64,000 nt of DNA, taken from assembly GCA_902794405.1 (NCBI GenBank), contig CADBHI010000024.1, positions 5,603-69,602 on the forward strand, written 5' to 3'. Made by a program: the position numbers and the translations under genes. Below, piece after piece: positions 57,629 through 64,000 of this stretch. This stretch comes from an uncultured Prevotellaceae bacterium. Its GTDB lineage: Bacteria; Bacteroidota; Bacteroidia; Bacteroidales; Bacteroidaceae. Below the pieces are notes generated by a model, which was not told where the DNA came from, made no database searches, and saw nothing but the letters and a program-made list of their open reading frames with translations. Numbering within the stretch: position 1 is the stretch's first letter; every line of letters starts with the position of its first letter.

Positions 57629-59707
57629 ATGAAAAAACTAAGTATTTTTGCACTCGCAGCCGCTGGAATGTTGGCAGTAGGGTGCGCAGACAAGGACGTG
57701 GTTGAAAGCAGCCAGCTCAATCAGTACAACATGGTTGAGGGGCAGTCTGCTTTCATCGCAGTGGGTATCGCCACCCCAGGAGCACCTGTTACTCGTGCCA
57801 ATGAGGATCTCGTTGACGGTGAGGCAAAAGAGTTCGCTGTCAATAATGGCATCATCGTACTCTTCAAGGGTACGAGCGAAGACAATGCTAAGCTCGTAAA
57901 GGCTTACAACATCGACGCAACTTTCAGCAAAGAGGCTGACGACAATGTACCTGGACATAACACGCTGGGTACCGACGAGAATGAGTTTGGTGAAGTAACC
58001 TCTACCAGCACTAAGATTATCCAGGAGATTGAAGCGCCTAACCTTGGAGTGGACGACAAGCTCTATGCTTATGTCATTCTGAACGCAGGAACACTGCCCG
58101 CCTCTTCTCAGGAAATTTCAAGCAACACCACGGGTATCGAGTTTACTGCTGGTACGCCCTTCAGTACATTCAAAATGCAGCCTCTTAAGGCTATTGGTAT
58201 AGACAATGAAGCTACAGGCTATGGCCAAATCGATGAAACAAAAGGCCTTGTTATGACCAATGTACCCATTGCCTTGACACCTGGTGGCGATGTGGAGTCT
58301 ACAGGTGCTGTCACTACTCTGGCTGAAATCAAGCAAGAGAACATCTACACCACGCGCGAAGCTGCTGCCGCTACTGGGGCTTCTATGGCTTGCATCTATG
58401 TGGAGCGCGCTGCCGTCAAAGTGCAGATTGATGATGCAGCTACCCCAAGCACACTTGACTTGGACACCGAAGCGTCTCCTGTTGCTTTTGCAATCCAGGG
58501 CTGGGCCCTCGGCAATGTCAACTATGGTAACGCCACTGACGCCCCCGGTTATTACAACACCCGTCAGTGCGAAGATGCTTGGTTGCCCTATCTCAATAAT
58601 CAGGCTCCTGAATATACGAAGTATCGTTTTGTGGGTGCCACGAAGTTCTTCGATGCTAACCACGCCACTGCTTACCGCACCTATTTCGCAAAGGACGTTA
58701 ACTACACCCGCGAAATCCTGGCAACTGGCACTGCAACTGAGAGCGGTCTGAAAGGCGCAAAGCTGGAAGAAAGCAACTATCAAAACACAAATAAGGTTTT
58801 ATATACCTACGAGAACACTTTCGACGAGAACAGCCAGATTTACTCTAATACCACATACGTAGGCTTCAAGGCCCAGATTGGCGACGGAACGACCTTCTAC
58901 ACCGTGGATGGCCAGCCCAACACACGCTACACCTCTGCCGCTATTGAAACCATCGTCCAAAACCACGCCAATGCTCAGAAAGCAACTGTGGCTGCAACAC
59001 TCAACACTGCTATCCAAGCTGATTTGGAAAAAACGACAAGCACCATCAATGCTACCCGTACCGGTGATGACAAGATAGCTTCGGTAGAGTATGATTTAAC
59101 TGCCACAGATATCACCAAGGGCACCAAGAACGCTACGAACGGTTCAGTGGGTTACAAATATAAGCTTGCACTTGAAAACATCGTAGCTAAGAACAGTGCT
59201 GGAACTGCAGTGACCCTGACTCCCGCAGAGGAAAATGCAATAAAGGCTTTTTATACGACCGCTGAAACAGAGTACACCAGCGACGTGACTGCCTATGAGT
59301 ACACCGATGGTGTAGCCTACTATTCCGTGCGTATTGCCCACTTCGGTGCAGGCGATGCCAACTATGCTAACGCAGAAACTCCCTGGAGTGCTCCCGCCGA
59401 GGCCTACAACGACTACGAAAAGATCTATCCCAGAAACGGCCAGAGCCTGGATGCTCCCTCTGTCAACTATGGCGCCAGCCGCGCCGCAGCCTGGCTGGGC
59501 CGCTGGGGTATCGTGCGCAACAACTGGTATGTTCTCAAGATTAACGCTGTCTATGGCATTGGCAGCCCCGTGCCCGAGGACTTCAGCAGCAATGTCAAGG
59601 GCACGCCTGGTTCCACTCCCGACGACAACCCGAAGCCCAAGTACTACATCGCAGCTCATGTACACATCCTGCCGTGGGTGAAGCGCTTCCAGGAAGTTAA
59701 CTTCTAA
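57629..59707 (+). CDS. Type V pilus major subunit (Mfa1-like lipoprotein)
   Basis: Lipobox AVGC, VTRA processing site, VERAAVK, GIVRNNWY and HILPW. Confidence 0.85.
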   Translation: MKKLSIFALAAAGMLAVGCADKDVVESSQLNQYNMVEGQSAFIAVGIATPGAPVTRANEDLVDGEAKEFAVNNGIIVLFKGTSEDNAKLVKAYNIDATFSKEADDNVPGHNTLGTDENEFGEVTSTSTKIIQEIEAPNLGVDDKLYAYVILNAGTLPASSQEISSNTTGIEFTAGTPFSTFKMQPLKAIGIDNEATGYGQIDETKGLVMTNVPIALTPGGDVESTGAVTTLAEIKQENIYTTREAAAATGASMACIYVERAAVKVQIDDAATPSTLDLDTEASPVAFAIQGWALGNVNYGNATDAPGYYNTRQCEDAWLPYLNNQAPEYTKYRFVGATKFFDANHATAYRTYFAKDVNYTREILATGTATESGLKGAKLEESNYQNTNKVLYTYENTFDENSQIYSNTTYVGFKAQIGDGTTFYTVDGQPNTRYTSAAIETIVQNHANAQKATVAATLNTAIQADLEKTTSTINATRTGDDKIASVEYDLTATDITKGTKNATNGSVGYKYKLALENIVAKNSAGTAVTLTPAEENAIKAFYTTAETEYTSDVTAYEYTDGVAYYSVRIAHFGAGDANYANAETPWSAPAEAYNDYEKIYPRNGQSLDAPSVNYGASRAAAWLGRWGIVRNNWYVLKINAVYGIGSPVPEDFSSNVKGTPGSTPDDNPKPKYYIAAHVHILPWVKRFQEVNF

Positions 59708-59744
59708 TCAGACTGACAACAAATAAACAAAACTCTTTCCGACA

Positions 59745-61016
59745 ATGAACGTTCGACACATCATACAGAAGGGCATGTTGGCCATGATGGCCGCATTGAC
59801 ATTGAGTAGTTGCGACTTGATGACTGAAGACCTGGACGATTGTCCCACAGGCCTGTACGTCAACTTCGTCTACGACTATAACATTCAGCGGGCAGACATG
59901 TTCAAAGACCATGTCGGTGGCCTCACGCTCTATGTGTATGATGAGTCGGACCGTCTTGTCGCAACAAGAACTATGGGCGAGGGTCAGCTTTCACAATACG
60001 GAAGCTATATCCACTTCTCGGAACAGGAGCTGGCCCCCGACCATTCTTACAGACTGATGGCAGTGGCCTTCCAGCGTTCGGTTCTGTCAAACAATGGTGC
60101 CAAATACCGCATCACAGGCAACCAATCCGACGCCCAGTGGTCGCAGTTCTTCATCGATCTTGACCATCAGCCTATTACCCGTGCCACTTTCTCTGACCAG
60201 ATTGACACGAACGCATATTTCACAGTTAACAACGCTGAACCGTTGGACACGCTGTGGCATACGCTGACTACCATCACGACCCCAGCCGACATGCACCCCA
60301 TGCAGCTGCATCCCCAGTCGTTGACGCCCGCCAAGACCGAATACACTTGGCTCAGGGATGGCAGCATCAAGACCAACGGACAGGAGAGGGTCAACGTCGT
60401 AAAGGGTGAACCTACCTACGCCACCGTTAGCTTGATTCGCGACACGAACCACCTGAACGTGACCCTCCGTGCCCTTAACGATAGTATTGTCGACAATCAG
60501 GTCGTTGATACGGCCTATACGGTGGAAATCTACGACAACAACTCGCAGCTCGACTGCCGCAACAACCTGACCCATCCTGAAGACACACTCATCTACAAGC
60601 CCTACCGTCAGTGGACCACTACATTCGTTGGCAACGACCAGGTGGCCTATGAAAGTGCTGCCCACTACGACCTGATGTTCAACCGTCTGCTCTACAAGAA
60701 CGCCAAGGTAGAGGGCGACCAGTACGCTGTCCTTAATATCGAGGACCTGCCCAAGGCTCGCAATGCCGTGCTGGTTATCCGTAAAAAGAGCGACGGTAAA
60801 ATTATCTTTGCACTCAATCTGCCCTATATCCTTGCCAGCGGTCGCACCTGGGTGGAGCGCAACTATCATTATCAAGAATACTTAGACCGCGAATACGACT
60901 ATCGTCTGCAGTTCATCCTCAAGGGTGGCCGCCTCGACGAGATACAGCTCATACTGGGTACTGAAATCCATATTCTATCGTGGGCAAAGCGCTATCAGAA
61001 TGAGACCATGAATTAA
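59745..61016 (+). CDS. FimB/Mfa2-family anchor pilin
   Basis: LSSC..EDLDDCP.G..V.FVYDYN and QEYLDREYDY. Confidence 0.85.
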   Translation: MNVRHIIQKGMLAMMAALTLSSCDLMTEDLDDCPTGLYVNFVYDYNIQRADMFKDHVGGLTLYVYDESDRLVATRTMGEGQLSQYGSYIHFSEQELAPDHSYRLMAVAFQRSVLSNNGAKYRITGNQSDAQWSQFFIDLDHQPITRATFSDQIDTNAYFTVNNAEPLDTLWHTLTTITTPADMHPMQLHPQSLTPAKTEYTWLRDGSIKTNGQERVNVVKGEPTYATVSLIRDTNHLNVTLRALNDSIVDNQVVDTAYTVEIYDNNSQLDCRNNLTHPEDTLIYKPYRQWTTTFVGNDQVAYESAAHYDLMFNRLLYKNAKVEGDQYAVLNIEDLPKARNAVLVIRKKSDGKIIFALNLPYILASGRTWVERNYHYQEYLDREYDYRLQFILKGGRLDEIQLILGTEIHILSWAKRYQNETMN

Positions 61017-61060
61017 GAAAATATTTAAACCGCTATATAGATTGAATTGACAATAAGCGA

Positions 61061-62626
61061 ATGAACGCATACAAATCACATATCGTCCGACTGCTGCTGA
61101 TGGCACTACTTGTGCTGCCGGCTTTGACCTCATGCTATGACGTTGGCGATGAGTGTGAGGCGCTGCAGAATTCAGACAATGTGAACTACATCAATGTGAC
61201 TGTGGCCGTCAGCACATCTAATAGTGCGATGACCCGTGCCAATAGGCCGCAGGGTGGTGAGAATGGCGACGGTCGTGAGAAGGGCATCGAAACCCGTGAA
61301 AATGAAGTGGACGGTGTGACGCTCATCTTCTTCCGTGACTGTGAGGGGTCTGTTGGTACCCCAGGTATTAATGCAACTAATTCAAATGCTGAAAGTACTA
61401 TTATCGACTATGTAAATTATTATGAAGTTCATCTTGATGAAAATTATCATAATAACGGCAATTGTATTCCAGGAGAAGTGCATTATACTACCGACGATCA
61501 ACCGCTCAGTCCAAATATAGATCCCAAGAAGTCTTACCACATGCTGGTGGTAGCAAATGCAGATTTGAGGACTCAGATATTGGCAGGTTCTTCTACATTG
61601 AAGGATGTTCGCGATTTGCAGCGCTCTCTTGTTTATACAGGCACTGGTGAAAACATTGGCATAGGCACCAATGCTGAGAAGTTTGTCATGACGTCAGAAA
61701 AGGATGTTATAATCGACTTTGGTAATTCCATCTACGACAAGGAGCAGAATCGTTCTACTTTCAAACTTGACAATGTCCACATTGAACGTATGGCTGCCCG
61801 TATCGATTACTGGGCCAGAGGTGCAACCAAAACTACAGGTACCTATTTCTATAAGCCTAATGATATGGCTCAGGCTAAGTCTGTTGATGGTTATGTGTAT
61901 GATATTGCACGCAATGATGGCAACACTGACCATTTTGTGCTGACCAGAATCGTACCGTTCAACATGAATATGGGTAATGGTTTGGAATACTTCTTCAAGC
62001 GTACTAATGATGAAAGTCCCTATTTAGCCGACGAGTCAACCACCAACTGGGTCATTGATCCCTATACCTCGTTAAAGAATGCAACATCTTCCTCAACATG
62101 GACGTCTTCTTTCTCATGGATGGTTAATCCAATGGCTAACTACGTTGGAGGTGTAGAGACACCATACGCGCCTGCTCGATTGGGCACTTCCGCTGGTACA
62201 GATGGACTTGTCTCTGTTACCTTGGCATCAGAAACTGCCCAAGACGTTGGTGGCTATGACGATATCATCCTTGCCTACCCGAAGGAGAATACGCTCGCAC
62301 AAGGTTCGCTTCTTTTCTATTATGCTACAGGCTTAGCCTTCGAGGGGTATTATTTCCGTAGTGGATACACTACCACGTCTGAACGGCGCGTCTATTATCA
62401 CTACTTGCGCCATCAGGGAGAAAGCAGTAACGCTTATCAGGCTCTGCAGCTGTCTACCCTTGACAAGACAGCCACATGTGGCTCGTCGCCCGCCATGAAC
62501 TACGGCGTGGTGCGCAACAATATTTATCGTGTTGATATTACTGGCTTTAATGAAAAAGACGCCATGAATCTACAAATCAAGGTAAAGAAGTGGGACAAGT
62601 TTGAGCATGAAGTAATATATATGTAA
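61061..62626 (+). CDS. Minor type V pilin (Mfa1 C-terminal-like)
   Basis: Lipobox LTSC, MTRA, IERMAARID and YGVVRNNIYR. Confidence 0.8.
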   Translation: MNAYKSHIVRLLLMALLVLPALTSCYDVGDECEALQNSDNVNYINVTVAVSTSNSAMTRANRPQGGENGDGREKGIETRENEVDGVTLIFFRDCEGSVGTPGINATNSNAESTIIDYVNYYEVHLDENYHNNGNCIPGEVHYTTDDQPLSPNIDPKKSYHMLVVANADLRTQILAGSSTLKDVRDLQRSLVYTGTGENIGIGTNAEKFVMTSEKDVIIDFGNSIYDKEQNRSTFKLDNVHIERMAARIDYWARGATKTTGTYFYKPNDMAQAKSVDGYVYDIARNDGNTDHFVLTRIVPFNMNMGNGLEYFFKRTNDESPYLADESTTNWVIDPYTSLKNATSSSTWTSSFSWMVNPMANYVGGVETPYAPARLGTSAGTDGLVSVTLASETAQDVGGYDDIILAYPKENTLAQGSLLFYYATGLAFEGYYFRSGYTTTSERRVYYHYLRHQGESSNAYQALQLSTLDKTATCGSSPAMNYGVVRNNIYRVDITGFNEKDAMNLQIKVKKWDKFEHEVIYM

Positions 62627-62629
62627 GAC

Positions 62630-64000
62630 ATGATGACGCTATACAGATATACATATTTCTTTTTGATTACAGCTATGATCGCCGTCATGGCTGCCTGTTC
62701 GTCTGACGATGATGCTGTCAGTGGTGTAGTGACTGATGGCAATAGTGACGGCAAAGTGCCTGTGAAGATCCACCTCAGTGTGGCAGGTGAAAGGAATGCC
62801 AATACCCGAGCCTGGAAGGACACGCCGAATGCTACTGATGACGAGATGATGAATATATGGACGGTGATAGCTGTACATGCTGAAGACGACACAAGCGCCC
62901 CTAAGAAGTTTGAAGCAGGAGATATTGCTTTTATCCATGCTTCCGTACCTGAAGCGGCAAAACGTGAAATTGATGACCTTGTCTATCTCACCCCTGGAAG
63001 ATATATGTTCTATTCTTTTGCCAATATGGAGCCACTTTATGTGATGGGGCTTTTGGGCATCCCTAACACAGGGAACAAGATGGCATCAGTCCATGTTAAT
63101 GGTACGTTGGACACACCATCTGATTATTCATCAGAGAAGTTTACTGATAATAATGTGTATAGTCTGACCTGGGGAAGTACAAGTACAAAGGTAACATCTA
63201 CAAATGTCGCATCCAAGGTCGTTCAGGTTAACGGCAATGGCTTTAACCCTATGGCTACAGACAATGGATTTGGCGTTAAGGGCATACCCATGAGCAATCT
63301 ACAGGAAATTGAGGTTACTAAAACTGATGACGTCGACCTTATCGTTGTCCGTATGTTGGCGAAGATGAAGATCAGCGTGACGAATGCGACGGGCTCGACG
63401 CAGTACATCAAGTATGCTACTATCAGCAACGTTACCAGCAATACGTCCGACAACCTGAAGCTGCTGCCCAATTATACCAATGCAAGCAGTGCCAATACGA
63501 TGGAGGCTGTTCATGGTGATATCCAGCCCAACCTGAACGGCACGCCTGCTACGACGGAGTTGACCATTCCTGATATGGCTACCTCGTCGTCGCTGGCCAA
63601 TAATGCTACACGTGAAGTAACGTTCTACGTCAATGAGTGTGCAAAAGGAACCGACTTCTACCTGACAATCGGATTGGGTGACAATACGTCTACCCAAGAG
63701 TATCGCTACGCTCTCATCGACAACAAAGGAGCCACCTCTGCCGATAACGACAAGTGGGACTATATAGCCCGCAACGACTACCGCATCATCCCCGTCACCC
63801 TCGATGACTACAAGCTGGAGCTGGTGCCCTACGACTTCCCACCCATCGGCGTTTACCCTGTTAGTGTCAGAGAGATAGACAATGTGAACCACGTCTACGA
63901 GTTCACGTTCCATGACTATGGTCACTTCCACCTGTTGCCCAAGGTGACGAAGGGAGGAACGACACAGGTGAAGTATAACGTTGGCGGTACCAGCGACTAT
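62630..64000 (+). CDS. Minor pilin-like lipoprotein (runs off the window)
   Basis: MMTLYRY..MAAC lipobox, NTRA site and IARNDY..IP; same frame at the window end; absent from the ORF track because it has no stop. Confidence 0.75.
   Translation, partial: MMTLYRYTYFFLITAMIAVMAACSSDDDAVSGVVTDGNSDGKVPVKIHLSVAGERNANTRAWKDTPNATDDEMMNIWTVIAVHAEDDTSAPKKFEAGDIAFIHASVPEAAKREIDDLVYLTPGRYMFYSFANMEPLYVMGLLGIPNTGNKMASVHVNGTLDTPSDYSSEKFTDNNVYSLTWGSTSTKVTSTNVASKVVQVNGNGFNPMATDNGFGVKGIPMSNLQEIEVTKTDDVDLIVVRMLAKMKISVTNATGSTQYIKYATISNVTSNTSDNLKLLPNYTNASSANTMEAVHGDIQPNLNGTPATTELTIPDMATSSSLANNATREVTFYVNECAKGTDFYLTIGLGDNTSTQEYRYALIDNKGATSADNDKWDYIARNDYRIIPVTLDDYKLELVPYDFPPIGVYPVSVREIDNVNHVYEFTFHDYGHFHLLPKVTKGGTTQVKYNVGGTSDY

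Overview
A 64-kb chromosomal window from a Bacteroidota genome, most likely a Prevotella-like organism. This rests on TAnnTTTG -7 promoters, an nqrA-F operon, T9SS-type C-terminal tails and a type V pilus locus. Housekeeping genes (tamB, nqrABCDEF, guaA, pgk, queC, apbE, murB, ruvX/yqgF, def) alternate with accessory patches. At 1-6.5 kb lie three tandem secreted-protein genes ending in a closely similar dockerin plus an EPQ-stop tail; two of them are broken. After guaA there is a decayed TA/MACPF patch, then a putative amino-alcohol phospholipid head-group cluster. A 6.8-kb islet between murB and an MBL hydrolase holds an Rpn remnant, a structured leader, a 1391-aa LRR-dockerin-2x cohesin-like-RCC1 protein, a DUF4160/DUF2442 pair and an 86-bp perfect inverted-repeat element. 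An Mfa-type fimbrial operon runs off the right end. The best candidate for an undescribed system is a non-cellulosomal cohesin-dockerin assembly of LRR/GLUG/RCC1 binding modules. Also notable are recurrent out-of-frame internal deletions (including in nqrE; an assembly artefact is not excluded), G-rich REP-like palindromes, and heptamer repeats inserted in frame in genes. No rRNA, tRNA, CRISPR array, integrase or reverse transcriptase was recognised. All family assignments come from motif recognition, not database searches.
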